A stretch of 20,000 bases of DNA from sequence record DRR723986_3489; one strand, written 5' to 3'. Each line of letters begins with the position of its first letter. Position 1 is the stretch's first letter. The notes under the pieces are model-generated. The model saw only the letters and a list, made by a program, of their open reading frames with translations. It had not been told where the DNA came from and searched no databases. The position numbers and the translations under genes were made by a program. Of this stretch, positions 1-9,143 are shown one piece after another.

Positions 1-108
1 ATTGAACTCTTGAAAAGAGAGTTCGGGATTTGCATGAAGATGACGACGGTTTGCAATTACTTCTTCTTTATAGGCCTTAGCCAGAGATTTAATTTTGTCC
101 TTCAACAT
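1..108 (-). CDS. M20 family amidohydrolase/peptidase, 5' end only (runs off the window)
   Basis: Manual translation from ATG at 108-106 gives MLKDKIKSLAKAYKEEVIANRRHLHANPELSFQEFN. RRHLHxNPELSFQE is the typical N-terminal motif of M20D amidohydrolases. Overlaps the end of the SPOR gene by 20 nt. Confidence 0.85.
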   Translation of the reverse strand, partial: MLKDKIKSLAKAYKEEVIANRRHLHANPELSFQEFN

Positions 109-634
109 CTTCTTGATTGAGTTCGTTTAGCGTCTTGAATTCTTCACGCTGAAAGCGATCTTGAATAATTCTCGCTGTTGGGAATTGTGTTTTTACTTCT
201 GCGAAGCTTTTTTGAGCCTCTATTTTGTGTGCATACTTTCCAACTTTCACCAAATATCTCGGCTGTTCGTATTGCATTTGTGGCGTCAGATCAGGAAAGT
301 TCATGGTTAAATCATCACGGGTTTTGAAAGCTTTGTTGCGATCAATACCTGAATAAACCAAGACGGAATAGCCATTAAAGTATGGCTCAGACTTATTTTT
401 ACTTACCAAGCTTGCCTGAATCTGATCAAGTTGTTCATCGATCGCCTCAGTAGATTCTGCGGATTCGAAAGATGATTTGGAGCTCATTTGCGCACGGTAA
501 TCCGGGTATACCGGAAGAGAAGCAGTAAGGTTCTCCTGATAATTCGCATAGCTGGAGGCAGAACTAGACGTTTTGCTAGTGGTTTTACAACTCGCTAAAA
601 TCAATACCAATCCTAAAATCCAGAAAATTCTCAT
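89..634 (-). CDS. SPOR-domain lipoprotein (peptidoglycan-binding)
   Basis: Lipobox LILAS-C, Ser/Thr-rich linker, C-terminal SPOR-like segment (GYSVLVYSG...RYLVKVGKY...AQKSFAEVKTQFPTARII). Starts 7 nt after the secA stop. Confidence 0.8.
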   Translation of the reverse strand: MRIFWILGLVLILASCKTTSKTSSSASSYANYQENLTASLPVYPDYRAQMSSKSSFESAESTEAIDEQLDQIQASLVSKNKSEPYFNGYSVLVYSGIDRNKAFKTRDDLTMNFPDLTPQMQYEQPRYLVKVGKYAHKIEAQKSFAEVKTQFPTARIIQDRFQREEFKTLNELNQEDVEGQN

Positions 635-641
635 GCTTTGC

Positions 642-3600
642 TTAATTGTCGATGATTACACACTTTCCTTCCTGCACATCCTGTTCCACACTTTTATATT
701 TCACGTCAGATTTGGTAGTTCCATTTGTGTATTGAACAGAAACTTTGTCATTTCTTCCGTAGGCTTTATCAGATTTTCTAGGAGCAACTACCTGCGGAGC
801 TGGTCTTCCAGCATTTGATGCTGCGACTGCTGCACGGTTTGCACCTGGGTTTAGAGTGCTTCCTGCCTCAGCTTTAGAAGCTTGTACTTGAGGTTCTGAA
901 GTATGTTGAGGAGCTGCTGCATGCACATGATTTGGATCTTGCTTAGGCAAGTCTGCCCTAGTCAAGAATGTGGTCATGTCCTCATTCAGCTTACCGATGA
1001 AGCGTTTGAACATTTCAAATGCCTCGAACTTGTAGATCAACAGCGGATCTTTTTGCTCATAAACGGCATTTTGTACCGACTGCTTTAGATCATCCATATC
1101 TCTCAAATGCTCTTTCCAGTTTTGATCAATGATAGCAAGTGATACATTTTTCTCTATCGCTCGTACTAGCTCTCGACCTTCAGAGTTAATTGTCGCTTCA
1201 AGATTTGCAACTACTCCGATTTGTTTGATTCCATCAGAAATCGGAACCATGATATCTTTCACAGTAGCTCCTCTTTCCTCCTGCACTCTCTTGAAAATCG
1301 GAAGAGCTGTACTCATCATTGTTTCGCTTTTCTTCTGATAAGCCTCAAAAGATGCAGTATATAGCTCTTGGGTCAATTGACCTGCGTCCTTGGTTTTGAG
1401 GTCATTTTCAGTGACATTATAATCTATACCCAAGGTAGTGAATACGTTCATTCTGAAATCCTCAGGATCTGCTGTTGATTTGCCCATATCCACTAAGCCT
1501 TCACATACATCATAGAGTACGTTCAGAATATCCAGCTCAAGTCTTTCTCCTTTCAGCGCATTTCTTCTTCTCTTGTAAACGACTTCACGCTGTGAGTTCA
1601 TCACATCATCGTACTCAAGTAGTCTCTTTCTGGTGCCAAAGTTGTTTTCCTCCACCTTTCGTTGCGCACGTTCGATAGACTTGGAAATCATGCTGTGCTG
1701 AATCACTTCTCCTTCTTCAAGGCCCATTCTATCCATCAACTTTGCAATACGATCGGAACCAAATAGACGCATCAAGCTATCCTCTAGTGACACGAAGAAC
1801 TGGGAAGAACCCACATCACCCTGACGTCCAGATCTACCTCTCAGCTGTCTATCAACACGACGGGATTCGTGGCGCTCTGTACCTATGATGGCCAAACCGC
1901 CAGCTTTTTTAGCTTCTGGAGAAAGCTTAATATCTGTACCACGTCCAGCCATGTTAGTTGCAATAGTAACCGTGCCCGCTTGACCGGCAATGGCAACCAC
2001 ATCAGCTTCTCGAGCGTGCTGCTTTGCATTCAATACCTGATGTGGAATCTTCTTTAAAGTAAGCATTCTACTCAGTACCTCTGAAATTTCTACCGAAGTG
2101 GTACCCACCAAAACAGGTCTTCCAGCTGCAACTAGCTCATTGATTTCGTCACCGACAGCGTTGAATTTCTCTCGAACAGTCTTGTAGACTTTATCTTCTC
2201 GGTCAGCTCTGATAATCGGCTTATTGGTAGGTATTACTACTACATCCAATTTGTAAATTTCCCAGAATTCCCCAGCTTCCGTTTCCGCTGTACCAGTCAT
2301 ACCAGCCAGCTTATGGTACATTCTGAAATAGTTCTGAAGGGTAATGGTAGCGTAAGTCTGCGTGGCATCTTCCACCTTCACATTTTCCTTCGCTTCGATG
2401 GCCTGGTGTAATCCATCAGAATAACGACGACCTTCCATCACACGACCAGTCTGCTCATCTACAATCTTCACTTTTCCATCTACCAAGATGTACTCAGTAT
2501 CCTTCTCAAACATACAGTATGCTTTAAGAAGTTGATTTACAGTATGGATTCGTTGTGCTTTTACGCTGTAATCTTTGATTGCCTCCTCTTTACGGACAAG
2601 CTTTTCGGTATCTGAAAGACCTTCTTCTTTCTCCAAATCAGCAATCACAATTCCGATATCAGGGAGTATGAAGAATTCTGTGTTTTCATTTTTAGTAGTC
2701 ATCGTCTCGATACCACGATCTGTCAGATCGACTACGTTTGTTTTTTCATCTATAGTAAACAAAAGTGGCTCATCTGCCTCTGGCATTTGACGCTTATTGT
2801 CCTGTAGGTAATAATTTTCTGTCTTCTGTAGGATTACTCTAATGCCTGGTTCAGAAAGGTATTTGATCAATGGCTTATATTTTGGCATACCACGGAATGC
2901 ACGGAATAAAGCCAAGCCTCCCTCTTTTTCATTGCCATCAGCAAGCATTTTCTTAGCCGAGGTCAAAAAGCCCTGAACCAACTTGCGTTGCTCATCAACA
3001 AGTGTAGCTACTCTTGGCTTCATGTCATCAAACTCGTGAACATCGCCTTTAGGCACAGGACCAGAAATAATCAATGGCGTTCTCGCATCATCAATCAAAA
3101 CGGAATCGACCTCATCAATCATTGCAAAATGATGCTTGCCCTGAACCAAATCTCCGGCTTCACGAGCCATGTTGTCTCTCAGGTAGTCAAATCCAAATTC
3201 GTTATTGGTACCATAAACGATATCTGATTTATATGCCTTCTTTCGACCGGCTGAATTTGGAGTGAATTTATCAATACAATCCACCGTCAATCCGTGGAAT
3301 TCAAAAAGTGGCGCATTCCATTCAGAATCACGTTTTGCCAAATAATCGTTTACAGTAACAATGTGTACACCACGTCCTGCAAGCGCATTCAGGTAAGCAG
3401 GTAGAGTCGAAACCAACGTTTTACCTTCACCTGTGGCCATTTCGGCAATTTTACCTTTGTGAAGCACCATACCACCGATCAGCTGAACATCGTAGTGAAC
3501 CATGTCCCATACAACTTCAGAACCGGCGGCCATCCATCTATTATGCCAGATCGCCTCATCTCCTTGTATTTCTACATTCTGCTTACTTGCAGATAGCTCT

Positions 3601-4022
3601 CGATCACGGTCATTCGCTCTTACAACTAGCTTTCCGTTTTCTTTAAAACGTCTCGCTGTCTCTTTTACGACCGCGAAAGCTTTCGGCAAAACGTTATTTA
3701 AAACAACCTCAAGTGCTTCATTTCTTTCTTTTTCGACCTGATCGATCTGATTGAAAAGCTGATCCTTCTCATGAATAGCTTTCACAGGCAAGTCTTCTAC
3801 CTTAGCTCTGATGCTACTGATTTTATCATCAAACTCCTTTAGGTGAGTGTTGATTTCAGCTTTAATTTCCTCCGTTTTAGCACGCAATTGGTCATCACTG
3901 AGGCTCTTTAATCCAGAAAAAACATCATTAATCTGCTTGACGATTGGGAGAAGTTCCTTAATATCTCTGTCGGACTTGGTTCCAAATACTTTTGCAAGTC
4001 CTTTTGCTATTATATCTAACAT
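642..4022 (-). CDS. secA: Preprotein translocase ATPase SecA
   Basis: 1126 aa with MATGEGKT Walker A, VTVNDYLAKRD, IDEVDSVLIDDARTPLIISG, TNMAGRGTDI, RQLRGRSGRQGD. Confidence 0.99.
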   Translation of the reverse strand: MLDIIAKGLAKVFGTKSDRDIKELLPIVKQINDVFSGLKSLSDDQLRAKTEEIKAEINTHLKEFDDKISSIRAKVEDLPVKAIHEKDQLFNQIDQVEKERNEALEVVLNNVLPKAFAVVKETARRFKENGKLVVRANDRDRELSASKQNVEIQGDEAIWHNRWMAAGSEVVWDMVHYDVQLIGGMVLHKGKIAEMATGEGKTLVSTLPAYLNALAGRGVHIVTVNDYLAKRDSEWNAPLFEFHGLTVDCIDKFTPNSAGRKKAYKSDIVYGTNNEFGFDYLRDNMAREAGDLVQGKHHFAMIDEVDSVLIDDARTPLIISGPVPKGDVHEFDDMKPRVATLVDEQRKLVQGFLTSAKKMLADGNEKEGGLALFRAFRGMPKYKPLIKYLSEPGIRVILQKTENYYLQDNKRQMPEADEPLLFTIDEKTNVVDLTDRGIETMTTKNENTEFFILPDIGIVIADLEKEEGLSDTEKLVRKEEAIKDYSVKAQRIHTVNQLLKAYCMFEKDTEYILVDGKVKIVDEQTGRVMEGRRYSDGLHQAIEAKENVKVEDATQTYATITLQNYFRMYHKLAGMTGTAETEAGEFWEIYKLDVVVIPTNKPIIRADREDKVYKTVREKFNAVGDEINELVAAGRPVLVGTTSVEISEVLSRMLTLKKIPHQVLNAKQHAREADVVAIAGQAGTVTIATNMAGRGTDIKLSPEAKKAGGLAIIGTERHESRRVDRQLRGRSGRQGDVGSSQFFVSLEDSLMRLFGSDRIAKLMDRMGLEEGEVIQHSMISKSIERAQRKVEENNFGTRKRLLEYDDVMNSQREVVYKRRRNALKGERLELDILNVLYDVCEGLVDMGKSTADPEDFRMNVFTTLGIDYNVTENDLKTKDAGQLTQELYTASFEAYQKKSETMMSTALPIFKRVQEERGATVKDIMVPISDGIKQIGVVANLEATINSEGRELVRAIEKNVSLAIIDQNWKEHLRDMDDLKQSVQNAVYEQKDPLLIYKFEAFEMFKRFIGKLNEDMTTFLTRADLPKQDPNHVHAAAPQHTSEPQVQASKAEAGSTLNPGANRAAVAASNAGRPAPQVVAPRKSDKAYGRNDKVSVQYTNGTTKSDVKYKSVEQDVQEGKCVIIDN

Positions 4023-4052
4023 GCTAGCTTATTGTAATTCTACTTTGAGGCT

Positions 4053-4060
4053 CAAAATTA
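4053..4060 (-). promoter_or_regulatory. Bacteroidota housekeeping -7 element (TAATTTTG) for secA
   Basis: Exact TAnnTTTG match about 30 nt upstream of the secA ATG. Confidence 0.6.
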
Positions 4061-4083
4061 AGCCCTTTTTGTTATAATTGATA

Positions 4084-4111
4084 ATAAAACGAGTTCATCT
4101 AAAGAGAACTC
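4084..4111 (-). terminator. Possible intrinsic terminator after dapF
   Basis: Minus strand GAGTTC-TCTTTAGAT-GAACTC followed by GTTTTATT, 10 nt after the dapF stop. The stem is modest. Confidence 0.4.
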
Positions 4112-4120
4112 AAAAATTTG

Positions 4121-4894
4121 TCAAACACTTATTTTTCCGGCAAAAACCTGCTGAGCGGGCCCAATCAACCAGACTTCTCTGAAACTTTCATTTTCGGAAG
4201 CTTTAAATTTCACTGATAATTGACCGCCAAGGGTTTTTATTTTTATCTCGGCTGCTTGCTGGTTTTTTCCAAAGGCAATTGCAGCAGCAGTAACTCCAGT
4301 TCCACAAGAAAGCGTTTCGTCTTCAACGCCTCTTTCATACGTACGGACAAAGATTTCATCTTCACCTATTTTCTCCACGAAATTCACATTGGTGCCTGCT
4401 GGAGCATACATTTGATCGTAGCGTATGGTTTTACCTTCTGCGAAAATAGGATAGTTTTGAACATCATCTACAAAGCGAACATGGTGCGGAGAACCTGTAT
4501 TAACAAAGAAATCTGCTCCTTTATTATCCACGCTTGCTACATCTCCCATCAACAGCTGCACCAAACCATCTATCAAAATCGCCTTATGGGCTCCATCGAT
4601 GGCCAGGAAACTCGTCTTTTTATCCAAAATCCCTAGAAATGCGGAAAATGCAACTGCACATCGTGCACCATTGCCGCACATACTCTGACTACCATCGGCA
4701 TTGAAGTAGATCATTTCAAAATCATAATCTTTATGATTTCTGATCAAAATCAAGCCGTCAGCTCCTACGCCAAACTTTCTGTCGCACAGCTTACTTACCA
4801 GGTTCAGATCTGTATCATCAAACTTTTGATCACGATCATCGATCATGACGAAGTCATTGCCGGTTCCTTGATATTTATAAAATGAAATTTCCAT
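4121..4894 (-). CDS. dapF: Diaminopimelate epimerase
   Basis: KYQGTGNDF, catalytic MCGNGARC and ETLSCGTG, NTGSPH, GTNVNF, RTYERGVE. Confidence 0.98.
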   Translation of the reverse strand: MEISFYKYQGTGNDFVMIDDRDQKFDDTDLNLVSKLCDRKFGVGADGLILIRNHKDYDFEMIYFNADGSQSMCGNGARCAVAFSAFLGILDKKTSFLAIDGAHKAILIDGLVQLLMGDVASVDNKGADFFVNTGSPHHVRFVDDVQNYPIFAEGKTIRYDQMYAPAGTNVNFVEKIGEDEIFVRTYERGVEDETLSCGTGVTAAAIAFGKNQQAAEIKIKTLGGQLSVKFKASENESFREVWLIGPAQQVFAGKISV

Positions 4895-4948
4895 GGAAAA
4901 TTATTGTAAATAGTGGGACAAAAACTCATCCAAGCCAATGTATCACCA

Positions 4949-4956
4949 CAAACTTA
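4949..4956 (-). promoter_or_regulatory. Bacteroidota -7 element (TAAGTTTG) for dapF
   Basis: Exact TAnnTTTG match about 55 nt upstream of the dapF ATG. Confidence 0.55.
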
Positions 4957-4971
4957 AACATCTTGTCACAA

Positions 4972-5024
4972 AATCAGACTTATTGTCTGATTCTCAATTT
5001 TAAATAAGACAGAAAACTGTCTTA
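4972..5024. repeat. Two 8-bp inverted repeats in the dapF / NTP-pyrophosphohydrolase divergent intergenic region
   Basis: AATCAGAC-TTATT-GTCTGATT (4972-4992) and TAAGACAG-AAAA-CTGTCTTA (5005-5024). Both arms are perfect in each repeat. Confidence 0.7.
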
Positions 5025-5126
5025 GCTAAATTCTTATTCTCCTGAGGGTAGTTAGAATTCGCAGGGCAAAAGTCCGGAAAACCGGTTCTTTTTTAGTTAT
5101 TTCAGGCTTTCAATTATTACAAAATT

Positions 5127-5594
5127 ATGCAAGATCCTAAGTCACTTACCTCTGTAGCTTTATTTCACGAAACTTTCAAACACCCGGTTTTACCATCTCC
5201 AACTATCCCTGAGAAAGTTAGATGTGATCTTAGGGTTTCTCTTTTGGCCGAGGAACTGAAAGAGCTGGAAGAGGCTATTGCAAACAATGACTTGGTCGAA
5301 GTGGCTGATGCGCTTTGTGACTTGCAATACGTATTGTCTGGGGCGATTTTGGAGTTTGGACTTGGCGAAAAATTCAAAACGCTCTTCGACGAAGTACAAC
5401 GCTCTAATATGAGTAAAGCCTGTAAAACAGAAGAAGAAGCCAAAGCAACTGTGGCGCACTACAATGCAAAAGGGACAGAATGCTTCTATGAAAAAGAAGG
5501 AGATTTATTCTTAGTGTTCAGGGAAGGCGATAGAAAAACACTGAAATCAGTAGCTTATTCTCCAGCAGATTTAGCTGGAATTATCAAATCATAA
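5127..5594 (+). CDS. MazG-like (PRA-PH/all-alpha) nucleoside triphosphate pyrophosphohydrolase
   Basis: EELKEL...EVADALCDLQYV acidic metal-binding motif and FDEVQRSNMSK. Confidence 0.9.
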   Translation: MQDPKSLTSVALFHETFKHPVLPSPTIPEKVRCDLRVSLLAEELKELEEAIANNDLVEVADALCDLQYVLSGAILEFGLGEKFKTLFDEVQRSNMSKACKTEEEAKATVAHYNAKGTECFYEKEGDLFLVFREGDRKTLKSVAYSPADLAGIIKS

Positions 5595-6455
5595 GGAATT
5601 AGGGAAGGAGGTTTTCAACTCCTTACCCTGATAATTCTTCAATTCTATAATTCGGGCCGGCATATTAAAGCCGGCCTTTTCTAATGCGGTCAACACCATC
5701 AAAATCGCGCTGCTTTTAACAATAGCGTCAGATATCGCTCGATCAAATGTGTTAACCCAAAAAGTTACCTGAATATTCAGTGTGCTTTCTGCCATCTCGG
5801 TTACCCACACTGAAGGTAATTTGGAACTATCCAACACCCCAGGCACCTCTACGATTGCAGACTTGATCACTTCAATAGCGGCATAATAATCCGAGCCGTA
5901 ATCCAATCCCACGATAAAATCATAGCGAAGAAACCCATCTATGGTAAAATTGATCAATGGATTTTTCAGGATTATCCCATTTGGAATAAAAACATCTTTT
6001 CCGTCGCCAGTTTTAATCTGAGTATCCCGAAGATTCAAAGTCAGCACCTGACCTCTCATCCCGTTAATATCAACGATATCACCTACCCGAAATGGTCTTT
6101 TGAAAGCCAGAATAATTCCTGCCAAGAAATTTTCTCCAATATCTTTTAATGCAAAACCTATGATAAAGGCAGAAATCCCAGCTCCTGCCAACATTCCTGA
6201 GATGACACCTGTCAACCCTATAATCCTAAAGACGACCAGCAAGCCAATCAGAATCACAATAGAGCCAAAAATTCCCGCTAGAAAGTTCGCAAGCAGATCG
6301 TCATCCATTCGCTTTACCAATCTTCTACTTAAAAGCGTTCTTGATTTCCTGGCGAGAAAAAGGAAAATCAGAAAAGTGGCAAGAGCGATTCCTCCTATAA
6401 TCAGCCAATGCTTTACAGTAGGCCAATCAGTAGACAAAAATTCTAATTCTTTCAT
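5589..6455 (-). CDS. Small-conductance mechanosensitive channel, MscS family
   Basis: Three TM segments, GFALKDIGENFLAGIILAFKRPFRVGD, DGKDVFIPNG, VGLDYGSD. ATG at 6455 preferred over TTG at 6464. Confidence 0.93.
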   Translation of the reverse strand: MKELEFLSTDWPTVKHWLIIGGIALATFLIFLFLARKSRTLLSRRLVKRMDDDLLANFLAGIFGSIVILIGLLVVFRIIGLTGVISGMLAGAGISAFIIGFALKDIGENFLAGIILAFKRPFRVGDIVDINGMRGQVLTLNLRDTQIKTGDGKDVFIPNGIILKNPLINFTIDGFLRYDFIVGLDYGSDYYAAIEVIKSAIVEVPGVLDSSKLPSVWVTEMAESTLNIQVTFWVNTFDRAISDAIVKSSAILMVLTALEKAGFNMPARIIELKNYQGKELKTSFPNSL

Positions 6456-6470
6456 AGGTCTCAAAATACG

Positions 6471-6500
6471 AAAAATAGCACCGAGTGTTTACTCGATGCT
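6471..6500 (-). terminator. Intrinsic terminator after the lipoprotein gene
   Basis: Minus strand AGCATCGAGT-AAAC-ACTCGGTGCT-ATTTTT: 10-bp stem with one G-U pair and a U tract, about 28 nt after the stop. Confidence 0.75.
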
Positions 6501-6528
6501 GTCTAAACTTGATCCTGTGCTCCTAAAG

Positions 6529-9048
6529 CTATTTCAACGTGATAACTATATTTGCTTGCCCTCCTGCTGCCAAAGATCCGGCGATCCACCCAGGAATAGC
6601 GTCTGGACACTGCCCACTACACCAAGTCGCTCCTAAAGAATAATAATAACTGTTTTGATAAATATAATATCGTGTGTCACCAAGTGGCCATCCGTAATAA
6701 CTTGGTGGGTACCCTCCATTTAACCAAGAAACGGTTCTCCCCTCATAGGGATGTTTATAGGACGTTTTGAATCCGTAGGTTGTCACGGTATAAGATTTTG
6801 CATCTGGATTGACCGGGACAATCACTAGTGCATGTACACCATTTGAAAATGCACCGGGTACTACTTCATATAAATAATCCTTCGCCGTCACAGGGACATT
6901 AAGTATGATTTTCTTCGGATCGTTATTGACTTTCACTTTCCCTATCACTTCTTCTCGTAGGACCCATTCCCCTGAACCAGGAACTCTGAAATAAACACTG
7001 GCTTTGATCTCTTCCTCTCCTTCTATGATATCTCCATCCAATGCTTGATAATTAATCGCATTGCCTCGAGTAGTTGCAAATGTGTTTTTTCCGTCAAACA
7101 TTCCGTACTTCCCTTCTGTGGACCATTCCACTTTGTACTCTAAGGCTGATGTACTGACAATGTCATTGATATTATCACTTCGCTCCAAGTAAAGTCGCAC
7201 GGAATGCTTCTCCTTCCCGCTAAGCGTAATGCCATCTGGCTTCATCAGCAGTTTTTGCTTTTTGACGTTTATCGTTGCGGTAGCGTCACCTATCAATGAT
7301 AAGTCAGCACCTTTTTTAATAAAAACTTCTACCGTAACTGTTTCAAAATTATTTTCAGCTAGGTCGGCCGGATTTACCTCACTCCTGAAATTGACAGTGG
7401 CTGAAGTTGTTTCTATTTTAGTGCCTTTGGACGCTCCGGCTGCAATCAAGCCATATTTACCAGTAGTGGACCAAACGTAAACAAACGACTGTCCATCTGA
7501 CAGCTGTGTTTGCGTGTCCGCTTTCAATGCCACGTTAGCAAATGGAACAGTAGATTCTTTTCCAGGATTAATTTTGACTTCAGATCGACGCGCTTTTGCT
7601 GTGAACTCCACAATCCGGTCTGAAAGGATCAGCTCAGTGGTGAGTTTGCCCATATCCAAAAGTTTCACGCACATCTCTACCGCCTTGATTACTTTCAGAT
7701 ATTTTTCAACAGCAGCAGCATTAGTATAATCACGATTCAAATCAATCCAAGTAGGCTTATTCAGGTTTTTATACTTATCTACAACTTTTTGAATAAATAA
7801 TTTTTGAAATTCTTGGCCTCCCTTATCAACCATAAATTTCACGAATTCTTCAATCCCCTTTTTAAAGTTGCCACTTAGAACTAGATCCATGATTTGTGGA
7901 GACTGAGAAATTGTAGCTTCGAAAGCCTCAAAAGCAAAACCAGCATCTCCAGTTCCTTTGATCTCAGAAATTATCTCAGTAATAATGGGTAGAGCATAGT
8001 CCACATAAAATTGCTTTAGCATCAATTTCTGCCAAGCAGCATTTTCTTCAGTGGTCATGGTGAGAGAACCGGCAGGCCTAAAAGCAGAACCAACTATGCG
8101 TACCTTATAAATCGCCTCATCTTCATTATCTCCCAAAGACAATAAAATCGGCTCTGATTCCTTTTTTGCATATTCCATTCCCTTACCAGAGATCTGATCC
8201 ACAATAGTACCAAGCGTACTGCTAAATCCTTTGGTACCATCTACGTCATGAATAGATTTAGCTGCTTGAGTTGGCCCAATTGTCGGGATCAAAATCACCT
8301 CTTCTTTAGATCCTTTTGCCTTATAGGCAGTTTTATAGATAAATGCTTTCCCTAGTCTACGGTAGTGATTGGCTATTTTTATATTCAGGAAATCATGTTC
8401 GAAAATTTGCATACCGCTTTGAAAACCAGTAGGGTCCACGTTAATTTGCCGCGCTCGCATATCCAAAACTTCTCCATCCTTACTATACTCAGTCAGCAAA
8501 GCTGTCAAGTCCTGCTCAAACTTGAGATTTTCGAGATAAAGTAAATCGTTCTTAATTCCTGTAGCCACTTTTGCCTTAAATTCCTCATAGCCAGGCAGCG
8601 GCATAGATGGGTTCAAAAATTCAGTGACCACCGCATCGGGTAAGTAAAATACTCCAGCTCCCAAGTAGAATAGCGCCTGGGCGGTAGTCTCAGCATTTAT
8701 AGATTTATTTTTTTCGTTGAGAACACCCATTAAAATCAACTTATTCGACTCATCGAATAAAAAAGCCAATCTAGTTACACTATCTGGCAAAATTGCTTTG
8801 GATTTGCCATCAGCAGCTACCGGAAATGTCATCAATCCCGTAGAGACCGTTGCCTTGGATAAATCAAAATTGACACCTTGAGGGAATGAAACTGCTACAT
8901 CCACAGTTTGTGCAAGTGGGGAGGATCCTCCAGTAGGAGGTTTTGTAGGATCTGGATCAGGGTCTATAGGACTTTCCGGATCGCTACATGCAAATGCCAG
9001 TATCGAAAAAAGGATGCAAATCCATTTAGTGAGTTGTAAATTTTTCAT
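6529..9048 (-). CDS. Large uncharacterised lipoprotein (839 aa), probably surface-exposed, with two tandem beta-rich repeats
   Basis: Lipobox ILAFA-C21, then acidic SDPES and a PDPDP/PPTGGSS linker, a helical central region, and duplicated WST(T/E)GKYG-containing beta-rich units. Confidence 0.85.
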   Translation of the reverse strand: MKNLQLTKWICILFSILAFACSDPESPIDPDPDPTKPPTGGSSPLAQTVDVAVSFPQGVNFDLSKATVSTGLMTFPVAADGKSKAILPDSVTRLAFLFDESNKLILMGVLNEKNKSINAETTAQALFYLGAGVFYLPDAVVTEFLNPSMPLPGYEEFKAKVATGIKNDLLYLENLKFEQDLTALLTEYSKDGEVLDMRARQINVDPTGFQSGMQIFEHDFLNIKIANHYRRLGKAFIYKTAYKAKGSKEEVILIPTIGPTQAAKSIHDVDGTKGFSSTLGTIVDQISGKGMEYAKKESEPILLSLGDNEDEAIYKVRIVGSAFRPAGSLTMTTEENAAWQKLMLKQFYVDYALPIITEIISEIKGTGDAGFAFEAFEATISQSPQIMDLVLSGNFKKGIEEFVKFMVDKGGQEFQKLFIQKVVDKYKNLNKPTWIDLNRDYTNAAAVEKYLKVIKAVEMCVKLLDMGKLTTELILSDRIVEFTAKARRSEVKINPGKESTVPFANVALKADTQTQLSDGQSFVYVWSTTGKYGLIAAGASKGTKIETTSATVNFRSEVNPADLAENNFETVTVEVFIKKGADLSLIGDATATINVKKQKLLMKPDGITLSGKEKHSVRLYLERSDNINDIVSTSALEYKVEWSTEGKYGMFDGKNTFATTRGNAINYQALDGDIIEGEEEIKASVYFRVPGSGEWVLREEVIGKVKVNNDPKKIILNVPVTAKDYLYEVVPGAFSNGVHALVIVPVNPDAKSYTVTTYGFKTSYKHPYEGRTVSWLNGGYPPSYYGWPLGDTRYYIYQNSYYYSLGATWCSGQCPDAIPGWIAGSLAAGGQANIVITLK

Positions 9049-9071
9049 GGTAAAAGTAGTTTATACTTCTC

Positions 9072-9102
9072 CATCGAAATCTTTTACAATAGGTCATCAA
9101 AA
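9072..9102 (-). promoter_or_regulatory. Candidate ECF-sigma promoter, copy upstream of the lipoprotein
   Basis: Minus strand TTTTGATGAC-N16-CGATG; CGATG ends 23 nt before the ATG. Confidence 0.7.
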
Positions 9103-9143
9103 CTTTAAAAAATAATTTCCATATAAAAACTTAGGCATTCCTC

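Noticed and set aside
3004-3031. TTGATGAC half-site inside secA
   Set aside because: No CGATG-like element 15-16 nt downstream; explained by coding sequence (FDD).
573-4077. Many short plus-strand ORFs opposite secA (similar ones lie opposite dapF, CHAT, luxR and mutS)
   Set aside because: Antisense shadows of well-supported genes, with no recognisable motifs.
5589-5594. Convergent stop-codon overlaps (here and at 18445-18448)
   Set aside because: Common in compact genomes; nothing indicates a special function.
6100-6636. 178-aa plus-strand ORF
   Set aside because: Antisense to MscS and crosses a terminator. Its Ile/Lys/Pro-rich composition is typical of the reverse frame of a membrane protein gene.
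8935-8985. GGATCT/GGATCA/GGGTCT short repeats
   Set aside because: They simply encode the PDPDP linker; not a CRISPR or contingency repeat.
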